The notes under the pieces were generated by a model. The model was not told the DNA's origin. It saw only the letters and a program-made list of their open reading frames with translations, and did not search any database. A program made the translations under genes and the position numbers. DNA of 64,000 nt from Podarcis cretensis (Eukaryota), in assembly GCA_951804945.1 (NCBI GenBank), contig OX638154.1:32798001-32862000 (forward strand), read 5' to 3'. Within the stretch, counting starts at the first letter, position 1. Every line of letters starts with the position of its first letter. Positions 1 through 64,000 of the stretch are shown piece after piece.

Positions 1-575
1 TCAGGTAGCTAGTAGCCGGTAAACCAGGGCTGAGGAACTAATGGCTTTCCAGCAGCGGATCACTGGCCATTGTGGTTGAGGTTGATGGGAGATACATCTG
101 GAGGGCAAGATACCGCATCCTTGTATTTAACAATTTTATGGCAATTAAATTCTCTATTGGATAAATACATCCTTCCAGTTATCTTTTCCTGAGAGCCCTT
201 ATGTAGACTGGATTGTATTATGCTTCTCACTGCCAGGGCTAAAGAACATCAGGAACTAAGGCTGCAGTCCTATGTACTTACCTGGGAGTAATACGCATTC
301 AATGCAGGACTTCTAGAATTCCACTCTAAATTGCTTGTTATGATTCTTTACCTGCTAGATTGATAAGGCAACATGCACATGTACAGATGCTGGCCAGACA
401 ACAGTGCAAAGTTAACCAAATGGTAAGCCTTGTTGTAAAACTAAATATAGAACATATCCAGGATTAGTCGTCAGAATGCAGGCAGGAGTTCCTGCATCAT
501 TTAAGCAAATAGATGCATAGTAGCACAGGAAGGCTTTTGTGTGTAGAATAAAGCAGACACTGAACATTTATAGTG

Positions 576-581
576 TTTATT
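576..581 (-). terminator. Candidate IPO9 polyadenylation signal (would give a 3'UTR of about 3.4 kb)
   Basis: AATAAA on the minus strand followed by GU/U-rich sequence. Other AATAAA hexamers exist (e.g. near 3062), so the assignment is tentative. Confidence 0.35.
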
Positions 582-3500
582 AAATTTTATCTACATAGAA
601 TCAAGACACAAACAATATTTATGGATAGCTTTAGCTCAGTTTCTAAAATTGCATTTGACCAGATCTAACCTCTGTTCAATTTATATGAAGCTCAGAGAGT
701 TCCTCAGCAAGATAAATACATATAAAAAGGGGGAAGTTGCTTGCATTTTCTTTCATCAAGGAGTCTGGCATAGATGTATAGCAGGCATTCATTTTAAGGA
801 GCAATAAAAACATGAGGTACTCAAAGTCCATCCTTTAGTGTGCAAAGATAGTTTAAGGTTACAGGATGATTTTTTAAGGGACAATGAATGTATGAGACAT
901 AAGCTGTTTCTAGTATCCTAAATAATAGTTTAATATGCTATCCTGAGCTATTAACTCCTGAGTTTACATTTTAGCTTTATGTACTTCAAACACAGGATGT
1001 TGTGATTTTTACAGTTCTATGTAAAACACATTTTATAGACATACCTTAGAAAAGGAAACAGAAGGGAAACCATTCAAGTGGATGTTTCACACTTGGGGTA
1101 GAACCAAACATAGCACTAAATCTTGCACAATGGAACCTCTTCTTCCTCTCCCCACCCCATGTGTGCCCCCCTAAATGTACTCTAGAACATTTTTGGGGAG
1201 GAGATTCCTGTTGCACAAGCAAAAATCCTTGTGCTAGCAGGGCATGGTAGTTGAATCCCATCCGTAGTCTTTAAAGTTGGTTGTGTCACAAGATTGTTCT
1301 CAGCTAACTGGTCTTTTTTCAAGTTTCCTAACTTGCACAAAAAAGCCTTAAGGCATTTATTTTTTACAGTTCAATGGAATATTTTTGGCAAGACAATAAA
1401 AACAAAGATTATCTTTTAAAGAATTGCAAATGTCGTAGCTTTCGATACTGCCCTCTTCAAGAAGTTGGCGTCACTATTTGACATCATTTCCATAAAATAG
1501 TCTTTATTCAGCTTCAATTTAGAAATGGTTTATAAGCTATTAAAAAAAATTCTTTTTCTCAGCTATCTCCAGTCTTGCCGCCTAGATGGTTGTTACAGGA
1601 ATAAGTAGGAGGAATACCCCTCACTAAACATATATACATAGGTTTTTATTAGGAAGACATTTAAGATGGCTAACTTCACAAGAATGTCAGCTATCTATAT
1701 GATTTGTCTAGGCACAGTGGTCCTAAATTTATGGAGTGCTAGAAATTGCATGTTTTATGCCACCCTCTCATATACGACTATGAGAGAGATGACTGATAGG
1801 TCAGACCATTGCTTTCACTTCAGCTTCTTTGCCCTAGCCTAATATTTGCCTGAAGATACACATGTGGTTAACTGCTATTTTCGCAATTTTCTGGAAGTGG
1901 ATACATAGCAAACAGGTTATTTTTTTTAAATCTTCATGCAGTAAGCATTTTTTTAAAAAAATCATGTTGTGCAGTAATAGATTAAGTTGGTATGGACTGA
2001 CAATAAGAAAGTGAAGTTATAGCTTCTGATGCTACAAAGAAAATTAGACATTGTTGCTCTGTAGATTTTTTAAAAAGTTTATTATTTTGTAAAACTCTGT
2101 AACTCAGGCAACAGCCTCTAATGCAGAACAGAACTTCAATGAGACTGCTTCTTACTGGCAAATTAGGCTTGAGTATAAAAATGCTGTCAGGAAACAACTT
2201 GAGTTGGAGAGACATGCATCCTACATACTGTATCTCAATTAGATTTAACAAAAATACAAAATAAACTTACCTTCAATTGTTTTTTGTACTGTTCTTAAAA
2301 CTATTTTAGCTGGTTTTATGGTATATTTGTAAATTGCCTTAAGGCATATGCAAACAGCAATTCATTGATGAATAAATAATAAACCTGGTCCAAATGTGCT
2401 CATACAGTCCGACTGAATTACGGGGAGGGCGGAACTGCAGTTAATATTGGTCCCTCAATTAACAGTCTCTTTTTTTACACTCAGCATGCAAAGCTAAGCT
2501 TGGCCCCAGCACATTTGAGATCTTATTTCCCTTGCTGAACCCCTACTGCTTTTTCCTCCTTGGCAGTGTCCTGCAATTACACAGTTGAAGTCTCAAGTTG
2601 GGGCTGAAAGCTCTGACAGCTATTAAACTGAAACACTCCCCAAACCTCCAGCTTCTCATGATTCATTAAATTTTATCCATTGAACATGAATAAAGTATTA
2701 TAAATCCAGTTTTCAGACCTGGCAGCCATCACTCTCCTCCATCATACAGTATCTCATCCAAACTGTTGTAATACACACATGAACTGTCTCTACTGTATTT
2801 TTATAAAGTTGATAGATCATGACTAAATTACATCATTAACTCTGGGTTTAATTTTGGAAGACTCATATAACCTTTAACATAAAAACCAGTGAAACAAGCT
2901 GTGCAATACCTTAAATTAAAGATGCCTATACCACGTTCAATGCTGTGGCAATTAAAGGCTGGTATGCTTTTCACACGTGAATTTTAAAGAGATTACCAAA
3001 GGATGTAACTTTGTTACCTGGATATTTTAAAAAGAATGATAACAATGGAGGTTTGAACAGTTTTATTTTTAATTTCTTTCCCAAAAAGGGAGGAAAAAGG
3101 CAAAGAGGTGTTGTGAGATGCATCACTGTACTTGCAGATTAGCCAGTAAATGTTAATTTTATGGCCCTATAAAAATACACATACTAATTTGTGGACTACA
3201 GCTTAGCCATATTGTGTGATTTGTGGATGTGAAGGAAGCAAAAAGTATATGAAAGCTGTATTCATGGAGTAAATAGACAAGTTAAATACAATCAAGATTT
3301 TGTATAAAAATGTTTGGTTACAAAACCAGTCATCAGTAACCACAGGAACTGAGTTTTTAGCAAGGCTGCTCAGAATGGGTTCATGATAGCTTTAGTAAAG
3401 AATCATGAGAATAATGGAGCTCGCATAGGAGTCGTTTACTTCTATATATGAACGGTAAACAATTTTATTTTTCAGGTTTTAATCCAAGCTCTTGTATTGT

Positions 3501-3986
3501 AACTGGATTCCATTTCCACTCAAGTGTCGGTAAAAAGATGCCATATGGTAAGATCAAGATAATTTACCCTGTGTAACAGAAGTGCAAAGTGGGACAAAAC
3601 TTCCCAGTTTCAATACACATCCGAACGAATGGCGATGTCTTCCTCATTTCAGTAAGCTGTGCTGTGAAAAGTCAGTGAAGTGCTTTTTCAGTGGAGGAGA
3701 GAAAGTTGGCTTTAGGGCACGATACTTAAATTTTCTCCTGAAAAGCTGATCTGAAGAATAGTGTTCCTGTTGTGCAAATCCAGTGTGCAAAATTCTATGC
3801 ACATCTGCCTCTTGTTGCCTTCAACAATCCTTCTCTTAACCCTACATCATGATAAGATAAGGAACAGTTCCTCAAAATAAAGATAATCACATCTGGTGAA
3901 TAATGGAAGATGTTTCATGTTTCAAGTCACAAAACGTGAAATAAACCAGAAAAATATTTTCCAGATATGTTCACAATGCTCAGGAT

Positions 3987-33729
<29,743 letters not shown>

Positions 33730-34063
33730 CCCGCCGCGCCCCTGAGGAGAGCAGCAGCAAAGGCGAGGGAGAAGCTCCGCGGGGCTGGGGGGGGCGGGGA
33801 GGAAGCGCGAGGCGGGAGGAAAGGCAGCAGCGGGTGCGGGCGAGGCGGCACTAGGCGGGCTGAGGGCCGCGGCTGCTGCCGCCACCGCGCGCCAAACGCG
33901 CACGCGACGACGTGCTCTCGCGCGGAGAGCGGCGCCGGCGAGGATCCCGCCGGAACCGGTTCTCGGAGAGCGCCCCCTGCAGCACGGATGGAAGCATCGC
34001 ATCCTTAGGCTGACAACTTTTACTTTTTTTTTTAAATTGGAGGAGTCCTTTATTACAGATCAG

Positions 34064-34117
34064 GCAGATTAAAAAGGTAGACTATGTAAAGCAGATTAAA
34101 AAGGTAGACTATGTAAA
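34064..34117. repeat. Perfect 27-bp tandem duplication
   Basis: GCAGATTAAAAAGGTAGACTATGTAAA x2. Confidence 0.95.
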
Positions 34118-34121
34118 GACT

Positions 34122-34384
34122 ATTGATGCTTTTGAATTATGGTGCTGGAGGAGACTCTTGAGAGTCCCATGGACTGCAAGAAGATCAAACCTCTCCATTT
34201 TGAAGGAAATCAGCCCTGAGTGCTCACTGGAAGGACAGATTGTGAAGCTGAGGCTCCAGTACTTTGGCCACCTCATGAGAAGAGAAGACTCCCTGGAGAA
34301 GACCCTGATGTTGGGAAAGACGTTCTCTGGTCCATGGGGTCACGAAGAGTCGGACACGACTAAACGACTAAACAACAACAACAA
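34122..34384 (+). mobile_element. BovB/RTE LINE 3' fragment with internal deletion, nested in the CYB5B retrocopy 3'UTR
   Basis: ATTGATGCTTTTGAATTATGGTGCTGGAGGAGACTCTTGAGAGTCCC; encodes LQYFGHLMRREDSLEKTLMLGK; ends GAGTCGGACACGACTAAACGACTAAA(CAA)n; ATGTAAAG on both sides. Confidence 0.92.
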
Positions 34385-37300
34385 TGTAAAGCAGAAGACT
34401 GAAAGAAAAATGTACCCATTTAACCGTTTCAAAAAACCATGTACGGAAAGAAGCTGAAGGAAAACACACGAGAAGAGGCAGGTGTACCGCTGTTCCCAGT
34501 CTGCGCTGTGCTGGTGGAGCCATTTCTCTTGCTGGTTTGCTAAAGAGAAATGTTGACAGCATGCCATCTCATTCTGCTGGTACTTAATGGGACAGGCTGG
34601 CATGGGTCAGAGGCACCATCACGACAAGCCAGAAGCTGCTGGATGAAAAGTGACTCATGATCAATGGTGACAGAAATGCCATGCCATGGAATGGCAGGAA
34701 GTTGCTGTTTCTGCAGTTACAAGAAAGATAGCAGTGAGCCCCACCAAATTCCTGCTTAGCTTTGCAGACAGCAGGGCTGCTGGACTGGCTGGTGCAAATG
34801 AAGGACAAAATCTATGTTCATCAAATTTAGTAAAACCCCATTTTCAGTGGCAAGGCATGGTTTCCAGTCCTAAAGGTTCAGCAAGGTCAAATCAGGAGAA
34901 TTTCCCATCCATCATGTAGTAGGGATACATCAATCCCAAGACTATGGCTCCCAAAACAGGGATCAGCCAGACTGTCCAGAAACTTCATTCTTTCGAGGAA
35001 GACTTGTTTGGAACCTTGGAGGCATTAGGATTACTGCCATACAAATGAAACTCTCCTATAAGGCATTGGTCAAGCATCTCTCGGGCATCCAAAGAGTGGC
35101 CAACATCTTCAAAGTTCTCAATGGCATCTCTACCAGCTTGTTCAAGCAGAATCTCCTCTCCACCTGGATGCTCACTGAGGAAGCGGGTGACGTTGTACAC
35201 ACACCCACTGATGACCAGCCAGGTCTCCTGGTTGGTGTTTCGCTTCACCACTTTGTCCAGGGTGAAGATGGATCCCCTTTCGCAGGTCTCCAGCATGTCC
35301 CCGCTACCATGCTCTTTTCTTGACCCCATTCAGACTTGCCCGCCTTGACTGAACAGGCTGACCTTTGAAATAAAAAAATGGACGGTGGGATCCATCCATT
35401 TTTGGCTGGCTTAGGGGTCCAGCTCAATAGCTTTTGCTGGAAACAGGGATGGGCAGATACAATACAAAAATTGACTGTTCACCTACATCTTAAAGCAGGG
35501 GGTGGGGAATGTTTTGCCCTTGCTGGGCTACAAATTCCTTCACCCCCTGACCATTGGTTACGCTGGCTGGGAATGGTGGGAGTTGGAGTCCAACGAAGAT
35601 CACATGTTCCTCCCTACTGGTTATTGGTTTGTTTGTTGATGAGAATGAGGATAATTATGATGTGTTTTTTGTTTTCATTTTGTATGTTGCAAACGGCCCT
35701 GTGATCGTCAGATGAAGGGTGGTATACAAATTTAATCAATAAAATTTAAAATAAATAACAAGACAAAAGACAGGGAGGAGAAATAACCTTGCTTCTTGAC
35801 TGTCAAGGGACTATACGAACTTATTTCTGACCAGTTAGGGAACCCTGATTGAAATGGGCTTACTCTCATGTGTGCTTAGAATTACATTCTTTACATTCAT
35901 TCTGATTTGTTCTGGCCATTGCAAAGCTCTGGACAGTCAGCTGACCAGTGGTAAAATGTGGAGATGTACTGAAGGGGCATCTGAAAGGACTGCAAGCTCC
36001 CACTGTCTGGATAGTAAGGTAATCAGAGCTCCTCTGGGTGTCCCTGATATCAAAAGCTAGGTGGGTGGTGACCAGAAAAAAATTATTTGAGATGGCACAT
36101 GGTTGTATACATGTCATGGGCCCCTGCTGGATAGCATGCATGATTGCTATTAATGAACAGCCATCACTGTGCATACACAATATTGTGTCTCTAAAAAACC
36201 AAGCATTTTTTCCCCTCACCGCCACCATCAGAGCTGTAGCTTGGCATGATTCTCTTGGCTGTACTTCAAATAGTGGTGAGGCAGTAAAGAGAGAGAAGAT
36301 TGCTGAAAGCCCAATAAGGGCTGCTTTCTTAAGCCAACTGCTCATACAGCCCTGGAAGAACAGGAGAGGGCTACACTGTATTGCCACAGCTGACTTCCCT
36401 TATATGGATTGGACGGGTACTATGGAGGATACAAAATACAAAGGCTGCACCAAGAGGCCCTAAGAATTGACCAGAATTTGGTTGCATTTATAAATTTTAT
36501 GTCTGTCCTTGTCTATTGTCTGCTGATTTATTTTGTACTGTGTGTTTTTTATTGTACATTGCCTTGTAATTTCAAATCGAAGTTGATATATAAATATAAT
36601 AATGATGATGATGAGAGGAGACTTTTATTAATCAGAGCTGAAAAGAAAAAAAATACTTGCAACTTCTACATGCCTGGAGGGCTTGCCTAAACAAAAGATG
36701 TTTCAAACAGGCACCATTAAGATTACAGTGAAAGTGCCTACTACCTGACCTCGTTCACAGGAAGTTCCAATGTATGTGCTGCCACACTAAAAAGACAGAT
36801 TTATTACAAGTGCAGAACAAGTATTATGTGGCACCTTTAACAAATGTCCTGCAGCATCAATACGTAGCAAAGTTCTTTTTCCTCCACCCCACCCCCCATT
36901 GCATGCTGAAGCAAACTGCTGAAGGGCTTGCAATGCTCTTCTGAGAGTGGCTGAAATGCATTTACCGTATTTTTCGCTCTATAAGACGCACCTAATTAAA
37001 CATGCAAAAACCACAGACAAAAATGTGTGGATTTTTCACAAATCCAACATGTCCTATAAATATCCCATTGTTTGTTCTGCAGATGGATGCATGAAACCAC
37101 AAGCATGACTATAGGCATCTTTCTTTTGAACTAGCATATTCTGAGGTAAAGTTGGGTTGTAGCCAGAATTAAATATGCCAGTTCAGATCTCATGAGCAGG
37201 CCAGTGAAGTGCATGACAGAGCCTATAAACATCCAGATGAACAGAGACATTATTATTTCTGGCCTATTACCAATACAGTGTTTGTACTAACCCAATTTCA

Positions 37301-38050
37301 TTGTTGCTATTTTAAGACAAAGCTCCCTACCTGGCTTTGTTGTGCAATGGCTTTCACAAAAGAGAATGCCTGAGAGGACAACGCTTTGCACAGATCAACA
37401 CGGTTACAATTTAAATGTTTCCAGCACTGGCTTGTTACATCAGCACCCATGTGTTCTAGAGTAAATGCTTGAAAACACTGCTTTGCATAGACCGGCATGG
37501 TGACAAAACAACCCTATTTAAGTGCATCCATATGAAAGATCACAGTGTTTTCTTATACCAGCGTCCTTATGTTCTAGATCTGACTCTGTCAAAATGATGG
37601 CAATCTCTCTGTAATAACCTCACTATTGTACAGGGAACCAACCAGACCACTGTATGTAACCCAATCTCATGCTGGCTGTGCAGTGGTGATATGATAAAGT
37701 CTGGTTTTTTGTTTCCTTTCCACAATGCAGTGCTTTCGAAGCTGAGGGCCTTTGCAGGAACCTGGCAAAACAATGTAATATTGGCCACTCTTTCTCACAC
37801 TCCCATACAATAGGTGCTCCCCTCTCCCCAAAATAAAAACACTGTCATGGGCCAATAATGTTTTTACCTTTAAACATGCATCTCTCATAAGGGGAAAGGC
37901 TGGCAGCACTGGCTCCAAGGTAACATTGTTGATTGAAATGAGATGTTTATTGGTCTGCAGAGGGTACATTTCTGAAAATCTAAGGGCTGAACAGTCTACA
38001 AAACTTTTGTTACTACTCTATTGATGCTGCTACTTTGTGTTTTCATGGTA

Positions 38051-38260
38051 CAGTGGTACCTTGGGTTAAGAACTTAATTCGTTCTGGAGGTCCGTTCTTA
38101 ACCTAGAGGTATCACTTTAGCTAATGGGGCCTCCAGCTGCTGCCAAGCCGCAGCCATGTGATTTCTGTTCTCATCCTGAAGCAAAGTTCTTAACCCAAGG
38201 TACTATTTCTGGGTTAGCGGAGTCTGTAACCTGAAGCGTCTGTAACTCGAGGTACCACTG
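38051..38260. mobile_element. Tc1/mariner MITE, same family as 29963
   Basis: CAGTGGTACCTTGGGTTA ... TAACTCGAGGTACCACTG; TA TSD; shared internal sequence. Confidence 0.9.
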
Positions 38261-40557
38261 TATAACTTGGATGAGTTGTGCCAACTCAAAGATACGCGTT
38301 GGTGTTCTTAAGCTCACAAGAGGACTTTTGATTCAGCAGGTGCTTCTGCTAATCCAATGGATGATCACAGAGGGGGTTGTTCACCATTTCCTCCTTGCCC
38401 CCACAGGTACAAGCATTTCCCCAAAATCAGAGCGAATGTTGAGGGACACTTCTGAAAATATGGGAGGTGGCATAGGTTGACTACAGCAGGAAGAGCTAGT
38501 CTGCAAAAATCACGTTCCCTCAGAATCTGCTAGCAGAGGTGTCCACTGATTTTCCACCCAAGCAACACAGCATTTTGGAAAGGAACACACCTAGGACAGT
38601 ATTTCTCTCACACACAATCTTTTTCTACACAGTTCTGGAACAGGTTTCTTCATAAAGGAGCAAAATATTTTTCATTCTGCCCCTCCGCCCAAGTGTTGAT
38701 CAATATGCTCTTTATTTATTAAAATAAATAAATAAATGTGGAATTAGGATTGTTTTGGGCATGGCTTTCAAGGAAAGGCTTTCCCTCAGGTAGCCTTTCT
38801 CAGGCTGGTGCTCCAAATGTTGAGACTCCTAACTGCCCTCAACCCCAGCCATCACGACAATAGGTAAAGGATTATGAGAACTGCAGTCCCAACATTTGGC
38901 AAGTGCCAGGCTGGGGAAGGCTGTCTTAATATGCTTTGTTCTCAAGTAATGGGAATTCTGAAAGTGCTACTGGTCAGCGCAGCCAACCCATTGCAGTTGG
39001 GACAATACTTTATTATAAAACACAGTTTCCATTGCTATTCTGGAACTACTACAAGGGCTGAAGGTAGACAGAAGAAACTCCTGGACTATGGCATCCATAA
39101 TTTGTACTGCTTGTACTCACTAGCTGTCAGATTTAGCGCAAGTCTTAAGAACTAATCCCATAGCATATTCCCACCACTAATTCCAGAAGTTAAAATGAAA
39201 TAAGAAGCCTGTAAATAAGAATTCCAGTTTTTGATTTTTGTGTTACAAATATGTTTTATGCTTTAAATGTATTGGCATTTTTTTAAAAAAAATAACAACA
39301 GCCAGCCAATTTTTTTTGTTCTGCTAGCAAGTTACATTTTAGGCCAAATGTATGTCAAGAGTCTCATTCTCTGCTGACTGAGCTATCATCTAACATAACA
39401 TTGATTCTGAACTCAGTCGGACATGTTAGTAGTGGCAGTTATATAGAGATAGAAGCAAGAAGATCAAAGCTGATAGGAGTATTTCTGTCCTTTTTCTCAC
39501 TGGTCAAGAGTTCCAAACTGTATTCTCGTCACCCATGAATTGGGAAAGAATGGCATCTGGTTGTGAAGACTGCTGTCCAAAAACTTACCGAAGTCAGAAG
39601 TGAACAAATATATACCATGAGGAATTGACACAATTGACACCAGTCCAATACATAAGTTAGCCGTGGGCATGGCTTGTACTGACAAAGCTCACAGATGAAT
39701 CCTGACTCTCATATTGAATCAGACCATTAGTCCATCTAGCTCAGGTACTGACTAGCAGTGGCACTCAGGGTTTAAAGCAGTGGTCTCTCCCACCCATACC
39801 TAGAGATGCTAGGGATGGAAGAAGACATTTATGTCCATTCTGCTGCAGTTTGTCTTCTGACACAAACTACATTATTAGACTCGCTTTCCAATTTGGCAGA
39901 GTTTTACATTAATTGCTATTATTATGTTATTACACACCATTTCAATGCAATGGTCATTCATTTCAATACACAGGGAACTCAATACAAATGGGGAAAGACG
40001 CAATCAATCATGCACCACTGGCGAACTCAAAACAAGAGCAAATACCAGTCATATTCACTGAATTGATTTCTGTTCCAGACATGGGACAAATAAGTGAACA
40101 TCGGCATTTTCCACACCGATTTCCATCAGAATTCTGTGACAAGTCTAGAGATGCTGAGGACTGAACCTGGGATGTTTTGCCTGCAGAGCATGGACTCTAC
40201 ACTGAGCAAGGCCCTTCCATCATTTATGTCATCTGAGAGACCTTTGTAAAACATATCTACAAAAGTTACTACCTCATAAAACCCACTTGCCTACACATTC
40301 GTGGTCTTAGAAAAGAAACAGATTTGTTAAGTTTCTACACCTATTTGCCACAGGTAATGAAGAAGTAGGTTTTTACAAGGCAGATCTAGGCTCTGTGGGA
40401 TTAAGGAAAGAAAGACGTCTCAAAATGCAATGGCATGGATGCTTTTAAAAACATAATTATGTGAAAACATGCATCATAAAAGTGATCAAGGTGGGAAACG
40501 GCTGCAATGCAACATCTTTGAAGACACCAGCATTGAATTTTGTAACATAACCAAGGG

Positions 40558-40563
40558 TTTATT
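40558..40563 (-). terminator. Candidate KDM5B polyadenylation signal
   Basis: AATAAA on the minus strand about 680 nt after the stop, in a U-rich context. Confidence 0.45.
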
Positions 40564-41241
40564 CCACAATATAAACTGCAACATTTGATACAAGCTACCA
40601 AAAAAGAAGAAAAAGCCAAAATACAGCTGTGGCCATTACTTTACAGAGCTTTCTTGTCTCCTACATCACTAGTCCATCAGTGACACTAGAACCTAAACAT
40701 TTGCTTTCTGTACATTAACCAATGCTAAAAGCACCACACGCTGTTCAGAAATAGAATTCCAGTCACTGAAACCAGACACAGAAGTTATTGCTCAGATAAA
40801 TAAACCTAGTCTACAAAATCAAAGGGGGGGGGGGAATCTAAAGTTTTCAAAAATGTTCAAAAGAGTAAACAGGGATTTCTTCAAAAAGAGGAATTATGGA
40901 AATTCTTAGTGCAGTGTTTTGCACCTAAACAGAGTTGATTAAATGTGCTGGTAAATTTCAAAGAGGTAATTTAATGCTATACATGAAAAGGTGCATGTTT
41001 TGATGCCTTCAAACTGGTGAAAAACCCCTGTCTGAACAGTCAGCATTTCAAACCTCAATAACCACAAACAGCTTAAAGGATAAAAATACAAAAGTGTCAA
41101 ATTGTTTTAAGGTCTGAAAAATGATCCCATTAGGATAGAAGTAGCACCATTTGCAACTTGGCTCTAAAACCAGCCCAGTGGCTTTATGGAGGGGAAAAAA
41201 GCTAATCTTCTGTTGTAGAGTCCTTATGTTCATCAGGCATG

Positions 41242-64000
<22,759 letters not shown>

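Larger units (their letters stand above)
34015..35354 (-). pseudogene. CYB5B: Processed retrocopy of cytochrome b5 type B (CDS-equivalent 35329-34892, in-frame TGA at 34987-34985)
   Basis: Intronless b5 domain (VTRFLSEHPGGEEILLEQAG, FEDVGHS). After the TGA the frame continues SFWTVWLIPVLGAIVLGLMYPYYMMDGKFS*. AATAAA at 34054-34049, A-rich tail 34033-34018, direct repeat AGGCTGAC at 34007-34014 and 35355-35362. Confidence 0.9.

Noticed and set aside
33914-33930. GCTCTC-GCGCG-GAGAGC inverted repeat as a BANP/TCTCGCGAGA promoter motif
   Set aside because: Only a partial match to the consensus; expected by chance in a CpG island.
35866-36463. Overlapping 173-aa (-) and 141-aa (+) ORFs between the CYB5B retrocopy and KDM5B
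   Set aside because: No recognisable domain, no clear splice or promoter context; cannot be supported as a gene without a BLAST or RNA-seq result.

Overview
Vertebrate genomic DNA from a squamate reptile, probably a lacertid lizard (inferred from Sauria-SINE, BovB and Penelope repeat content). Two multi-exon genes lie in tandem on the minus strand. The first is the 3' part of KDM5B (18 exons, 41242-64000; the gene continues beyond the window). The second is a complete IPO9 (24 coding exons, 3987-33729; my splice reconstruction gives 3111 nt, 1036 aa) with a CpG-island promoter. Between them is a full processed CYB5B retrocopy (34015-35354) with a poly(A) signal, A-tail and 8-bp TSD. It is inserted at the edge of the IPO9 promoter and has one in-frame TGA just before the membrane anchor. 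IPO9 contains a U12-type AT-AC intron, a Penelope-derived minimal hammerhead-ribozyme motif in the sense orientation, and candidate poison splice events. The rest is typical squamate repeat landscape: Sauria SINEs, BovB, L1/Tx1-like, L2, CR1, Tc1/mariner and hAT MITEs, and a truncated U6 pseudogene. I cannot support a wholly new multi-gene system. The best leads are the CYB5B retrocopy/IPO9 promoter arrangement and the intronic hammerhead motif. All homology calls are from recall; no database search was run.
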